Positions 1 to 13,599 are shown, counted from the stretch's first letter. The stretch: 64,000 nt of DNA from Octopus vulgaris (GCA_951406725.2 OX597815.1:112592001-112656000); one strand, 5' to 3'. Notes: generated from the sequence alone by a model not told the origin. Made by a program: numbers and translations.

Positions 1-244
1 TTAACATTGAAAATATTTTTTATGGAATTGGCAGAATTGAGTTATAATATGCGACAGTCAGTCAAGACACGTATTCACAAAACATTATCGGTATTAAAAC
101 ATACATAGGAAAAACATTCGAGATACAATAGGAAACAAGCCTCAAGTGTAGATGTAAATTTTTAAAAACCCGGTAATACGAAACACGTTCATATATAAAA
201 GTACATTAACGCACACACACACTCTCATATGAATATACACACAC

Positions 245-442
<198 letters not shown>

Positions 443-739
443 TCACTGTCGCATCCACGATTCGCACCAAATTAATTTTTCCACACAATACCTTAACTCA
501 CAGATATTTATAGAGTACGAGATTTAATGCAATCATACCTACTTATCAACTATTACATATATCATATCACAAAAGCCGAATTTTAATATGGCTGCAACTA
601 AACTAGGCTTTCATCCTTAACGCTACTCTATTTTTTGTATTAATTTGTCATAAGACACAGGTAGCTTTGCGGGCTGGACAAGACATTAATGAAATGAATT
701 ATAACGATGCAAGGATGATAAGGATGGGAGAAGACAGAA

Positions 740-2260
740 CGCGCCCGCTAACCCTCTGCTTCTCTATAACGTTCTTCTTTCACAAACATACATTGAGGTA
801 TTAAACCTCTTACGTTTTTCAATATTTCAACGCTACTCACCAACAAAAGACACCAAGTCCATAATAACAATTCTTCGTGAGACATCTGCAGTGTTACATA
901 CAAGAACTCGACAAACTGGTTGACGACAAATTCTACAACCTCTTCAGATCTAGTAACAATTATCAACATAGCACAGCAACGAAGAATGCATAATATCTTC
1001 TTCCAATTTTTACATTGCAGCGTTGGATCAGAATCAGTCCTTTCATAATTCACCAGCATCATAATTACTACGGATACTACAGTATAAACATAGAATAGCA
1101 TAATTATAGTCACATCTAAAAGCCGTATCCCCTATGTTAAAGTAGAAAACACAGATTTGCATTAGTTTAAGCAAAGGCTATACATAACAGAGACAGCCAA
1201 TATACCCAAATCTCATACAGCACAAATAAAGTTTAATTATTAAATGAGTAAATACAAATATACAAAATGAAAATAAACTACAGTAACAAAAAATTGGTGA
1301 AAGTGTCTCTCTAATAAAAAGTACAGACATAACATAAGGGAAATGGTGGGGTCAGTAACAATAATCACACTACACTATATTTCACAAAAACAACCTCAAA
1401 TAGTGCTCTTCTAAGAAATTTCTTAGAAATCGTCCAGCGAGAAAAACAAAAAGATAACAAAAGAGAAAATACAAAACTACAATTTTTTCTTCCATCACCC
1501 AAAAATCGATAGGGGAACTTAAAAACTGAAAATACCTCAGAATTGGCAAAATCGCAAACAAATACTTGAAAGCACCTTTGGCTGGATGTAATCACTGCAC
1601 GCACCAACATTCACTGAAATAACTGAAAATTTACCCCTCACTTCTGCGTAATCCCCCCAAATTTCTACAAAGCTTAATCCTGGACGTCCTTAATCCCCAC
1701 ATATTTCCCAAATCACAATATACACTCAGCTCATTATACTCAACCACCTCACAACTCGTAAATCTGCCACAGGAAGTTACATGATGTTTTAAGTGACATA
1801 AACCTACAACGCACAACAGGTAAACTTTCTGACTCTATTTCCCACTATCGAATCATGCAAAAAGAAATACTGAGTGCTGTCTAAATAAAATAAAATAAAT
1901 TATCAATCATTTAATTTGTGAAGTCGCCCAACCAATATATCGTATATGAACAATATTACGATCAGCATTTTCTGGAAAATGACTGCGAGATCCGCCATCT
2001 CACCCACTATTTTTCAAATAAAACTACATGACGTTGCCATTCTTACTCAAACGAAACAGATAACCCACATTCGAAGATTATACGACACACACCCCATTTC
2101 ATCGTCCACCAGACACTGCTACAACACTACACAAATATTATTAAAAATCATCTAAGATGTTGTCTCTTCAACAACAGCCTTAAATATCATCTATCTAACC
2201 CACGACCTCCTTTCTTATTACATTTAAATTACTACAAAGTTCGCACACGCCCACAACAAC
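740..2260 (+). mobile_element. Possible highly decayed LINE-like remnant
   Basis: Sustained A/C-rich strand skew and broken coding-like frames; no diagnostic motif recognised. A mirror-skewed tract occurs at ~25180-26100. Confidence 0.25.
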
Positions 2261-4217
2261 GATGAGATGCAGTGTTAACGGTAAATGCAGATGAACAGGA
2301 AATGCTGTGCTCTAACAGAGTACTTCGAGTCCACCTTCTCTGTGGTCACCACCATAATTTACAGGCTACAGAAATACACCAGAGAGTGGAAATAGGTCTT
2401 CATTTTCACATTAAGATTTTACACCATACAATTCATCTCTGCATGTCCACGTGCGCTGCGTAATCTTATGGACCTGATGTTGACAAAGAGAACATATATG
2501 AAAACACAACTGTGCAGATGGATGTATGGGTCGTACCTTGTAGTTCAATCAAATGCCTCTATATCATATCACAACTCGAGGCCTTACCTAGGACTACACG
2601 ACAGGAACTTGATACTGTAGCAGATTACATATACTATGTGTGCCGGCTATTTGGTTATTCAATTGGCTCGTATACTCAAACATTCCCATGTTGTGCACTC
2701 AAATACACACATATATGTAGGTAATGCATTCTAATATACCAAATAGATAAGTCCATGTGAATTAGTTATGATCTATATCAGGATTTAGTGAATATAAACA
2801 TTTCAAAATAAAATATATTTATCTAACACAAGAAAACAACAATATAACATTTCAAGAAAAATCCTTTACTTGAAACTTATTATGCCTCGAGAAAGAGCAA
2901 TAACATAACGTTTCGTGCAGCACCATTCATTAGAAACTGACTTTTCTAATTGTACTATATAGATAAATCGTAAGCTGTGAGAGTATAATGGAAATAAAAG
3001 ACATCACTCTTTATGCAACAAATATGGCAGTCGTGTAAACTCTAACTCCTCCTCAAGGCAAAGCACTTAGTTTAATATTGATACTTTTGTCTACTCATGC
3101 GAAATTCTAAGTCAGTAATATTCTTTTGAAGTAATTGCAGTCAGTGCCATTGCTATTGTTTACCTTACGGTAAAATCTGATGGAGCAGACAGATGAACCG
3201 AAGTTTTCTAACTGTGGCTCTGTAACTCTTTCTTAACAATACACCCAATACCTCATTCTTATTCAAGATAAGGTGTCGTTTGAAATATATTGCAACTGTT
3301 TCTGCCATGTCACACGATCTCTTAGAAATTGCAGCTAAATTTCCCTAAAATCACACTCTACAATGTTGAATTAAGAAACCTTGCATTGGATGAAATTATT
3401 CTACAGTTAACTAAAATGACGGAATGGACGCAGCAAGGATATCTTTAAACATATGTCTGAATAATCGACGTTGCTAGTAAATATCAACATTATAAATAGT
3501 TAAATAGTTAATACTTTGCTAACTCCTGTTAAAACCAGTGTTAGCAAACATCATATCTCCACTATGGTAACTATCATCAAAGATGTTAAAAATTCCTTCA
3601 TCAAAAAGGGATGAATTTCATGTTTTAATTCTGAAATTACAATATTCCTGACAATACTAACAAGCTCGTCCGATATGGGTGCCAGTTTCCGTAATATTTT
3701 CGGCATTATGTTTTATTTAATTAATAATATGCGATCATTTTTCTCTAAGCTCACAATTTCAGCGTATGAATGTTATTTCGATTTTCCACGAACACTGCTA
3801 TATTCAAATAGTCCCATCCGGAAAGATTATGTTGAATATGTAATGAGGACGGTTCTTTAATCCTAGAATTTGAACAACTGGAATAAATATTTCACTATAC
3901 TTGCATTCGCTTTACAGTAGTCGATAAGAGAGCGTTGCAACTAGGGTCTTTCTCTTGTGGAACGATAATGCGAATATAGTCTAGTATGACAAATGATCTT
4001 TGAATGAACTTCCTAAATTCCTGAAATAACTCCCTAACTCCTTTACACTCACTCCTGATAAAATATTTCGAAAGCAACACGATCAGATACGTTAATCTTA
4101 ATTAGTGCCACCACGTTCTGCTTCCTTAATAAGATTAATTGTATAGCAAGGAGCCTCCTTTGCTCGTAGTTTGAAAAGATAGTTTATTTTATTAGGTGTT
4201 ACCTAGTTGGCTTGTAT

Positions 4218-4247
4218 GCGTGTGTGTTTGCCAGCGTGTGTGTTTGT

Positions 4248-4278
<31 letters not shown>

Positions 4279-4306
4279 CCAGCGGGTGTGTGTGTGTGTG
4301 TATGCC

Positions 4307-4339
<33 letters not shown>

Positions 4340-4364
4340 CAGCGAGTGTGTGTGTCTGTGTGTG
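4218..4364. repeat. (TG)n microsatellite with recurring GCCAGC interruptions
   Basis: Seen directly. Confidence 0.95.
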
Positions 4365-5342
4365 AGTACTGAAACAAATGTTTGAGTTAAATTATAATAC
4401 CACGTCAGCCTTGATGGAACATACTTTGATCAAATATCTTCCATTATTATCGAAAATGTTCTTCGTTTATCTAAGACTGTAAGGTGAGAATTGAAGAAGA
4501 CAGCTGCTACTTCTTGTAATTAGGACGTTTACGTTGTAAGTCTCTTCATGATCAGGTGTTAATTTAGTTACGTAGTTATTGCAACTGGTTTCGCAGCGAT
4601 CGCTTTTGTTATTGTTTAAAACTACATCAAATCGTTCTTGCCTTTTCTCTTACTGTTATTATTTTCTCCGTAAAACCATTACATTTGTAGTCGTTTTTAT
4701 TGCTGTCATGATGAAGATGATGATGATGACGACGACGATAACGACGATGACGCCGGTTTTATCATGCACTTAATTGCTGTTTTGTTCTAGTTAGTTCATT
4801 ATCTGATAAATATTTTTTTAAATCTTTTACACTTTGCGTTATTTAATATTGCTAGAATTTTTACGTTTTGCATATTAGACGTTTTTGTTTCTTCACCACT
4901 TTACTCATTCTCAATGCATTGTTTTAGTTAATCTAGTAACATCTATTAATTTTGTACTTGCTCTTGTCATTAGTGTTTTCTTGTCTTTGTTGTCATATTC
5001 GTAGTTATCGTTTTTCGTTTGTTGTCTGCTATTGCCATCATTGTTTGCCATCTAACACGGTGATCACTATCTTTCGTGCGTGCAATTATCGTTGATTAAA
5101 AGAAATTTATGCTGAAAAAAATATGAGTTTGAGCAAGTATTGTAAATGATATGATAATATTCTCTATCGTATTTGCACTGCAGTCAAGTTTAACCAAACA
5201 CCTCCCAAAATAAACATAGTTATTCAGAAAATTATTTTACGAACTTAACCTTTCTTTCCCGCATAAACTGAACACAAAGTTACTTAATAAGTAGGTAGAT
5301 ATTATTTTGCAAATTAGGAATAAACTACCAAACTACAAACAA

Positions 5343-5344
<2 letters not shown>

Positions 5345-5408
<64 letters not shown>

Positions 5409-5422
5409 ACACACACACACAC
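5345..5422. repeat. (CA)n microsatellite
   Basis: Seen directly. Confidence 0.97.
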
Positions 5423-5698
5423 GCATATGACAAAAGATTAGTGTGGAGTCAACCGGTTAGAAACAACAGTCACAACTATCTCATAGCTGTTGCTGAACAA
5501 AGTATAAAACATGACATAGTGTTGTCCTTGTTACTTGTCGTAATATTACGTCTAAGGGGACATTTCAGAAATTACTATGATTATAGGTCAAATATATCAA
5601 GGAAAGATGTTGAATGCAAATCATACGTGTATTTATACATAGAAAGATACGCCCCCACCCCACGTATCTATCTATCTATCTATCTATATATATATATA

Positions 5699-6324
5699 CT
5701 AGCAGCTAAGCCCGGTTTCACCTGGTCTCTTTGGAGGGTGTGGCTGTGATCGTTTTCGGTTAGGCATAATCTATACAAGCATTTCTCAACCTTATCATTT
5801 CGATTGAAGCCTCCAGCTGTATGAAAATTTACTGACTCCCCATCCCCTTCTCAGATTTTTATTGGGCCGGCTGGTCTACCTAAGATACATGGGAATTAAA
5901 TTTTTCACCAACACGGGAGCAGAATTAAATTTTTCAATGTCCAAGGGGAGCTGAATTGCGAAGAAGATTGAGAAACGCTGATCTATAATGATGGTCTTCC
6001 TTTAGGCACATCGTAAAAGTAGGTATAAAGAATTGCTAAATATAAAGAAAAGTATGGTTTTTCAAGTAAATACAGTTAGAAAATATATTTCCCATTTCAA
6101 GTCATCACTAAAAACAGCTAATCAATTTATGAATGAAATAATTTTATTTTTGTATTGTAAGTTGTAAATTTTGCCTGAGAAATAAAGCAAATAATCATCA
6201 AATATCTCCAAATTGGTTAGAAATGCATAAAATTAATAATAATGATGCTAAAGAAAATTTGGTCGAGAAATTCCAAAGAAATTATATCAACAAAACACAG
6301 ACACGCACCTTTATAGAGAACAGA
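5699..6324 (-). mobile_element. Non-autonomous Helitron
   Basis: Minus strand starts A|TC (6324) and ends CTAG|T (5699), with a GC-rich imperfect hairpin (plus gcccggtttcacctggt, 5710-5726) ~10 nt from the 3' end; no TSD. Confidence 0.6.
5777..5980. mobile_element. hAT (Charlie-like) MITE nested in the Helitron
   Basis: TIRs aagcatttctcaa / ttgagaaacgctg; 8-bp TSD atctatac (5769-5776) / atctataa (5981-5988). Confidence 0.75.
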
Positions 6325-6556
6325 TTTTACTCAAGTGAAACATCCCAAATACACAGTTGTAACGCTGGTTATTCTTTTCAGCGTTGAATGTTAACCATCA
6401 CACCTCCATTGCGCACCACACACATTCACATACCCCAACCATCTCACTTCCATTGCGCTCACACACACACATCCCCCCTTTTACATTCACACACATTTTA
6501 AACGCTGTTTCATTTATTTTTTCAGCATACAATTTTCATCATCACACTATCAAGTA

Positions 6557-6735
6557 TGACATCACCCCATCCTTCCTTATTCATGTATTATCCTTTCCTT
6601 TCTCATTCATAAACACAAGAGTGTAATTGTAGTAGATTATCTCGATAACCATAGGAGCTAAAAAAAAAATTGACATCACCCCCTTCCTTCCTTATTCATG
6701 TATCACCCCTTCTTTTCTCATTCATAAACTCAAGA
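6557..6735 (+). repeat. ~64-bp direct repeat, two copies
   Basis: tgacatcacccc..tccttccttattcatgtat..ttctcattcataaac.caaga at 6557-6620 and 6672-6735. Confidence 0.85.
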
Positions 6736-7254
6736 TTATGATTATAATACATTAAAAAGAAAATGAGGGCAAAAAGCAATCGTTTTTTCACAATGAAAAA
6801 TCGTTTCCTAGTAGCCGGAATTTCACCACAAAATGTATGTTTATTTACCACAACAGCCTGCAGTGCATGTCGTTGAGCATTAAAAGCCAATCGCAAAAAC
6901 CTAGAGGGGCTCTGGGACCCCTCGAATCGATGAAGAACCACTCTTGCCATAGCAACCACATCTTTATAGCTTGCGAATTTTAACCATCGCGGGTTTCATC
7001 CTCACCACATATTTAGTATCCCTGCCAATTTTCAGCCAAGTAAGCAATAAGCCTACTAATGACCAAAATGTTTCATAAATTTTATTGCAAACATGTCTAT
7101 TGTAAACTAGACATGTACACCTGATATATTTGCCATACAAATACGACATCTTACTGGAAGGCACTATGCATTTAAAACAATAAGCAATGCAATGCAGTAC
7201 AACTTACAAGTCTATATAGGAAAATATTAACAGACAGCATATACATAAACAGAA

Positions 7255-7385
7255 CCATACCTAAGAATGGTTTTAGGTTCAGGTCCCTTGCGCGATAACT
7301 TGGGAAAGTGTTTATTACAATAGCCCGGGCCGAACAATGCCTTGTGAGTGAATTTGATTAAAAGAATCGGTGTAGAAACCTGTCT
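7255..7385 (+). mobile_element. Degenerate SINE family B fragment
   Basis: ggttcaggtccc..ttgggaaagtgt..tagcccgggccgaacaatgccttgtgagtgaatttg matches the 23243 copy. Confidence 0.7.
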
Positions 7386-8039
7386 CATAGATAATTATGT
7401 GTCCGTGTTTTTATCCTCATTTCTGTTTATCTGCCACTTTTCAATATTTTCAATTTTTGCTCCAGTTGATTTCATATTTAGCGTATTGATGAAGTTTTGT
7501 AAAGCGATCGTTGTCATGAAATTATTTTTCGGAATAAATGAATAAATAAAGAGTTAATAGCTTTTAATGTTTGCAAATTTTGGATAATTTTAGCCAGTCG
7601 AAAGCCACAGACATATAGGTGCCTGTTTCTGTTGTAACAAGCTGCTTACTCACGCGGTCATATTTAGTTTATCAAATGGTGGTCGTGAGATATGATAAAG
7701 GTAATAACTAATTAGGCCTTATATCACGTACCAAAATGTTTTTTCTCTTTCTAGTGAGGTGGTTTTTGCGTAATCGTATGAACACTCGTGTGTAGAATAC
7801 AAATTCACAAGACTTTTCTGTAAATTCCAAAATAATTAGAAGACTGCGGGATTAAATATATAATATATTATGTTTACAAATTTAAAGGATTAAAACATTA
7901 AAAATATTAAGATTAAGAGTCTAGAATCAGCAGAAATAGAATATGATATTATGCAATACGTTGCAAAGTCTTCGTAACTGGGGGGGGGGTAAGGCGTTAG
8001 GGTAAAAAGGGGTTTTAGTTAAATAGATAATATATTGAG

Positions 8040-8487
8040 ATAGAAAATTTCTATTTGTAAATCTCTCATCGAGAGACATTCAGTAACAGCACTCTAGTGT
8101 AAAGATTATTTGCCCACATAACGTGGCAGTCTTGATTTAGGACGAATGTTACTGTTGTCTAGCTTCAGAAAGGCTTGTCTCCAATTGGCTAAACGACATA
8201 CTATCTGCGTCCTAAACTTACCTTATAAGTGAGTTTAGCATCCCCACACAGCACAAACAATATCTGTGTATCGCGATTTCTTGGTAATTTCCCTTGAGCA
8301 GGACAGAATAATTGTTAGGCTAAGGGTGGCGCTGCTAAATTCATGTTCGAAATATATAGTTTTCATAGTGATACACAATGACCGATCTAATAAAATAGAA
8401 AATTTCTATTTGTAAATCTCTCAACAGGAGACATTCAGTAACAGTACTCTAGAGGAAAGACTATTTGCCAGCATAACGTGACAATCG
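8040..8487 (+). repeat. ~90-bp direct repeat, two copies ~355 bp apart
   Basis: tagaaaatttctatttgtaaatctctca..gagacattcagtaacag..cataacgtg at 8040-8130 and 8396-8487. Confidence 0.85.
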
Positions 8488-8800
8488 TTCGAAAATTAAA
8501 AATTAATAAAAAAAAAAAATTATTAATTTTAAAAATATAAAAAAACAAGTGAAATGTAAAACAATATTTATTATGAAAACTATAAGAATGTATTGTTCGA
8601 GAGGGGGAAATATATATACTTATATACATACCCACATATAATATATATATAATTTTACGTTACAAAAAGAAAATAGAAACTACACGTGGAAATGTAAGGG
8701 GAAGGTAAATCTTACTTCCCTTTATATATATATATATATATATATATGAAAAAACAAGTAAAAAATAGAAAATGCTAAAATAATTTTATAGTGAACATTT

Positions 8801-8838
8801 CAGTACCGGTTTCGGTCATTTTGAGACCTTTTCAACTG
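8801..8838 (-). ncRNA. Minimal type-I hammerhead ribozyme, U3-A8 variant
   Basis: Minus strand CAG-UUGAAAA-GGUC(ucaaaau)GACC-GAAA-CCGG-UA-CUG: stem I CAG/CUG, stem II GGUC/GACC, palindromic stem III CCGG. Confidence 0.75.
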
Positions 8839-9186
8839 TAACGATTAAATAATTAAATTTAGAAAAATTAGAAGAAAAGTTTTTTTAAAAGAATATTTCT
8901 ATAGTAGTGTTCAGATTTAAGTGGCATTCTGCCTTTCTCTGACTCCCTTGTTTGCACTTGTGTGTTCGAGGTAGTTGTGAGTTCTTGGTAGGGTAGTAGA
9001 GGGAAGGCTGGTGAGGAAAGGGGGTGGGAGAATCTGGGAGTGCCCTGATGGTCGTATTTTGAATGGTCAGTGGCGGCTGGCAGTCTCAGTTCAATTCAGG
9101 AGAATATTTATATTGACAGGCTTGTTTATAGAATTAGCGTAGGTGTTATACTAAAAAACATTAGTGACAAACTTAAGGGGTAGGGG

Positions 9187-9455
9187 GTGGAGAAGAAGAA
9201 GAAGAAGAAGAAGAAGAAGAAGGAGAAGGAGAAGATGACGATGATGGTGATGGTGGTGATGATTATGACGACGATGATGATGATAATGATGATGATGAAG
9301 AAGAAGAAGAAGAAGAAGAAGAAGAAGAAGAAGAAGAAGAAGAAGAAGAAGAAGGAGGAGAAGGAGAAGGTGGTGATGATGGTGGTGATGATGATGACGT
9401 CGATGATGATGATAATGCTGATGATGAAGAAGAAGAGGAAGAAGAAGAAGAAGAA
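9187..9455. repeat. Compound (GAA)n/(GAT)n microsatellite, duplicated block
   Basis: Seen directly; explains the polyK/polyM ORF. Confidence 0.95.
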
Positions 9456-9587
9456 AAAAACAGAGAAGGGAGAATATGAATGGGTGTAAATATAGCTATG
9501 AAGGGGCTGATTAGTAATGGATTCTATGGAGTGTAGTATTTGTGTGTGTATATATATTTTTTTCTTTTATTCTAAAGTTGAGGTATA

Positions 9588-9906
9588 TCAATTGTTTGTC
9601 GTAGACCCGTTAAGAAGTGGCTTGTATTTTGTAATAAAGAGATTTTCTTTACTTATTCGTTGTCTCGAGGTTGTATCGTCCCTAAATTGGTAGAGGGGAA
9701 AAATTCTAAAGTTTGGTGTTTTTTTGTTGGCACAAGTATCTATGTGTTGGCTAAAAGCTATTTTTCTGTTTTGGGGAATTTTTATCTGGGATCTGTGCAG
9801 GGCCATTCGTGTACGCAAACCATTTTTTGTTTGGCCTATGTACTGCTCTTGACACCCGGAGCAGGTTAGTGAGTATATTAGGTTCTCCGAAGCACATGTG
9901 AAGTTG

Positions 9907-9908
<2 letters not shown>
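9588..9908 (-). pseudogene. Penelope-type GIY-YIG endonuclease C-terminal fragment
   Basis: NFTCASENLIYSLTCSGCQEQYIGQT..LRTRMALH..HIDTC..RISKENLFITKYKPLLN: LIY-CxxC-YIG, conserved R, H, E and LN; no start codon (N-terminus of the ORF is microsatellite). Confidence 0.9.
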
Positions 9909-9966
<58 letters not shown>

Positions 9967-9979
9967 CGGACAGACAGAC

Positions 9980-10068
<89 letters not shown>
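9909..10068. repeat. (TA)n-(GA)n-(GATA)n compound microsatellite
   Basis: Seen directly. Confidence 0.97.
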
Positions 10069-10069
<1 letters not shown>

Positions 10070-10089
10070 GCATGTGTGTATTTATGATC

Positions 10090-10870
10090 TCTTTTTAATT
10101 TAGAAGAAGTTTCGACTAGTCACGTAATTGGCAGCAGGATTGTGAAGTTAGGCATCTTGTATTATTCGTCATCCTTTAATTCTGAAAGAGGTCTTGAAGA
10201 TTTTCAGTCCCATATATTGTGATAATATGTAGCGTGTGAATTACGGATTTGCGTTCTCGCCCACTAAACCCGAATTCAGCCATAATTTGATTCAGACGAA
10301 TTTGTATGCATCCTGTTGCTCCAACAATAATACGTAGGAAGCTGAAAGTGAAAATGCATCTTCAGTGCTGGTTTCCAAACTCCTTATCAATGGTCCATAG
10401 ATGTCCTGTTTTTTTACCCACCTTTTCTTTTTTCATATCTCCTCTCAAGTTCGTTAGCTATCCTCATTATGTTCTAGATTTCTTAGTCAAAATCTTGGAC
10501 AGATAGTTACTGGTCTCTTTCTTCTGCTACAGATATTGCTTCACTATTACAATACGTGCTTCATATGACATTAGTGCATATTTCAGGCTACAACCATCAT
10601 CCTTGCTTGTGAAGTATAACCTGTCTACATCGCCATTAGTATTGAAGTTATTTCCAACACTGAGCAGCTTGCGAGTTTCAACATATAACTCATTGAGTAC
10701 TTCTAGAGACCAGGTTAGAAAGCAAAGCGTAGACGTGAGGACAAGCACTGCAAAGGTGTTCTAGGCAATATATTTGTTGCAAGCTGAGAGTTCTAATGAC
10801 CATAGTCGCTTTATTCTCCTGGTCCACTCATTCTTTATGGGCCATGATATCTGAGACTTATCGTGATAAT
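10090..10870 (-). mobile_element. Decayed R4/Dong-type LINE fragment, internally deleted
   Basis: WSLEVLNELYVETRKLL..GDVDRLYFTSKDDG (cf. DVDRLYLPRKEGGRGL) and downstream IIVGATG motif of the endonuclease C-terminus. Confidence 0.7.
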
Positions 10871-11489
10871 ATTAATGTGTTTGTACCGGAAATATCTCAG
10901 AAATAGTACATTTTATCTTCATCATAATTATTTTTTTTCCATATTTATTTTCATACTTACCTTCGGTAGTGCAATACAGATTTTTGTGATATTTGAACCT
11001 TTATTTATTAACGAAAATGATTAGACCCAATTCATGTTTGTTATTTTTTTGAAAAACAACATGGCTTCCGTGACATCAATACACATACGCACATACAGAA
11101 TACACAAACATATATAATGAATGTCATGGCTTGTCAACCAACACAAACTCAGCCCACTATCTATGACATATACACACACATAGACTTCGAGTTCTCTAAG
11201 ATAGAAAAAAAATCTCAACTTTTGACGTACATAATATTTTAATCATTTAGAAATATTTTTTAACTGAAAGTGATTTCAAAAATGTAAGTTGTTTCTACAG
11301 TATTTATACGTTAGCTTTTTTTAAACAGACAATATCTTAATGTTTTTTTTTAATCACTTTCAAGTGACTCTCAGAATTGTCATCCGGAGTTCGTTAATTT
11401 CCCTAAATTACTTTTATTTATTTACTTTTTGTTTTAAAATGCGAGGAGAAAGTGAAAGATATATGTACTTGTATATGAAATGGACGTGT

Positions 11490-11710
11490 GTGAAAGAAAG
11501 AGAGAGAGAGAGAGAAGGAGAGTGAAAGACAGAGAGAGGGAGAGAGAGGGGAAGAGAGAGAGAGAAAAGAGAGAGATAAAGAGAGAGTGTGTAAGCTGTG
11601 TTGTCATGTATATGTACATACATCAGTACATATGCGTATATCATTTTTGCATGTACGTGTGCATGTGTGTGTGGGGGGGGAGAGAGAGAGAGTATGAACA
11701 TGCGTGTTCT

Positions 11711-11777
<67 letters not shown>

Positions 11778-11805
11778 GTGTGTGTGTGTGTGTGTGTGTA
11801 TGTAT
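11490..11805. repeat. (GA)n, (TA)n, (TG)n microsatellite cluster
   Basis: Seen directly. Confidence 0.95.
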
Positions 11806-11807
11806 AT

Positions 11808-12103
11808 AATGGCATAGTGGTTAGGGCAGCGAACTCGCGGTCGCAGGGTCGCGGTTTCGATTCCCAGACCGGGCGTTGTGAGTATTTATTGAGCGAAAAC
11901 ACCTAAAAGCTCCTCGAGGCTCCGGCAGGCGGTGGGGGGGTGATCCCTGGTATACTCTTTCACCACTCTTTCTCCCATTCTTTCTCTTCTGTTGGCCTGC
12001 TCGCTTAGCCAGTGGGGTGGCGTCATTCGAAGGCTAAAACAATGCGAACGCATTGTGACCAGCGATGTGTAACAACATCTGATGGTCTGATCGGTCACGT
12101 GAT

Positions 12104-12110
<7 letters not shown>
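11808..12110 (+). mobile_element. tRNA-derived SINE family D, tail type 1
   Basis: A box TGGCATAGTGG, B box GGTTTCGATTCC; ends cacgtgatcacgtga before (TA)n; head shared with 33261. Confidence 0.85.
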
Positions 12111-12142
<32 letters not shown>

Positions 12143-12294
12143 ATCCAAACATGAAAACACGAAGAGAAAACACAACGCGAGGACGTGGAACAAGTATAGT
12201 ATTATTGGACGCTCAGGAAAGAAGGAAAGAAGGAGGGTTTAACGTTGCATGTGTGTGTATGTGTGTGTGAATGTATATATGCGTGTGTGTGCAC

Positions 12295-12365
<71 letters not shown>

Positions 12366-12466
12366 GACGAATCTGGATATTTGCTTTGCCTCATATATAC
12401 GTTAGTTTGCCTGGTGTATGATTATTCAATAACTTGGTTTATCTTTGTCGCGTGTATCATGGTGTA

Positions 12467-12518
<52 letters not shown>

Positions 12519-12907
12519 CGTGTGTGTGTGTGTTTGTCTGTGTGTCTGTGTAAATACTCTTATCATATGAGATCTGTCGCAAGACCGGTGCTCTCAGACA
12601 AAATTACAGATTTCGAAATTCAATTATTGCACATCTTCATGTTACCAGCTAAGATCTTCGCTGAATCTGGCAGGAATATCTCAGAAGACCGCTATTCTTT
12701 AGATCCCAGCAATCATTAACGAACTGGACTTGTAACGTTCTGACAGAACATTCCATCCTATTTTCTTCTGCCTTGAAGTTTGATAGAGCCAGAACTCAAA
12801 CATATGAATTGTTTTTCTTTCTTTTTTTCTCTCTTTTAGACTTTAAAGCGTTCACATTATATCTTATCTCATCCTTTACTGCACAAATAAACCGTGTTTA
12901 GCGAGCT

Positions 12908-12997
<90 letters not shown>

Positions 12998-13005
12998 TGT
13001 GTGTG
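12295..13005. repeat. (GATA)n 12295-12365, (TG)n 12469-12545 and (TG)n 12911-13005
   Basis: Seen directly. Confidence 0.95.
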
Positions 13006-13485
13006 CGTCAATGTATGCGAACAAACCTTGTTCATAAGCAAGCACAAACATCCACGGAAAGAAATTTTCGAAATATCTAACGACGTTACTGACAACCTAC
13101 AATTCACATCCTGAACTTCGACATTTTATTCATGAACCGATAAACTTGACATTTTTCCTCATTCCCAGAAGTCATTTATATCTTTAAAGATATAAAGATA
13201 GTATTTACACAAAAGTTTTATAGCCAGTAAATACAGTTATGTTATACTTAGCATTTTTCGTGTCAAATTCACTATTCGGGTATGTCAATATCCCAAACAT
13301 TCACAAAATCTCTCAGTTGTAATCCATACTCAATACAAGTTGTCCCGCGCTTAATTTTATCACTGTATTTCTGGCATTAGCCTATTATATTGATCTTCGC
13401 ACCCGGAAAAATATAAATTCATGTTTAACCCCCCCCCCCCCCCAGTTACAGATATGCTAATTCGATAACTTTGATATGCCAATAT

Positions 13486-13599
13486 AGCTCTACATTTCCC
13501 CAAGACACCTGATGAAGGTTGGAGGATATATCAGCCGAAACATTGTGTTAACAACAAACATGATGAGGACAAATATCCGTCAAACGTAAATAATGAAAA
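13486..13599 (+). mobile_element. 114-bp hammerhead-containing insert with 16-bp TSD
   Basis: Flanked by tttgatatgccaatat (13470-13485) and tttgatatgctaatat (13600-13615); second family copy at 37213. Confidence 0.75.
13504..13549 (+). ncRNA. Minimal type-I hammerhead ribozyme, stem III mutated
   Basis: GACAC-CUGAUGA-a-GGUUGG(aggauaua)UCAGCC-GAAA-CA-UU-GUGUU; AACAUU is one change from the palindrome AACGUU. Confidence 0.7.

Larger units (their letters stand above)
8748..9908 (-). mobile_element. 5'-truncated Penelope-like element (GIY-YIG end, 3' UTR, hammerhead-bearing terminus)
   Basis: GIY-YIG coding fragment followed on the same strand by a minimal hammerhead; (TA)n on both flanks. Confidence 0.8.

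Noticed and set aside
2900-2937. Hammerhead-like motif on the minus strand (ctaatga..gtgctgcac-gaaa-cgtt)
   Set aside because: G5 is mutated and there is no stem I pairing; insufficient support
11808-11880. tRNA gene-like sequences here and at 33261, 53585, 58477
   Set aside because: A/B boxes run into SINE bodies; no complete cloverleaf or terminator
12138-12247. Short repeat ending in AACGTT, possibly a Penelope-type terminus cut at a hammerhead stem III
   Set aside because: The catalytic core is absent from the sequence, so no ribozyme can be claimed
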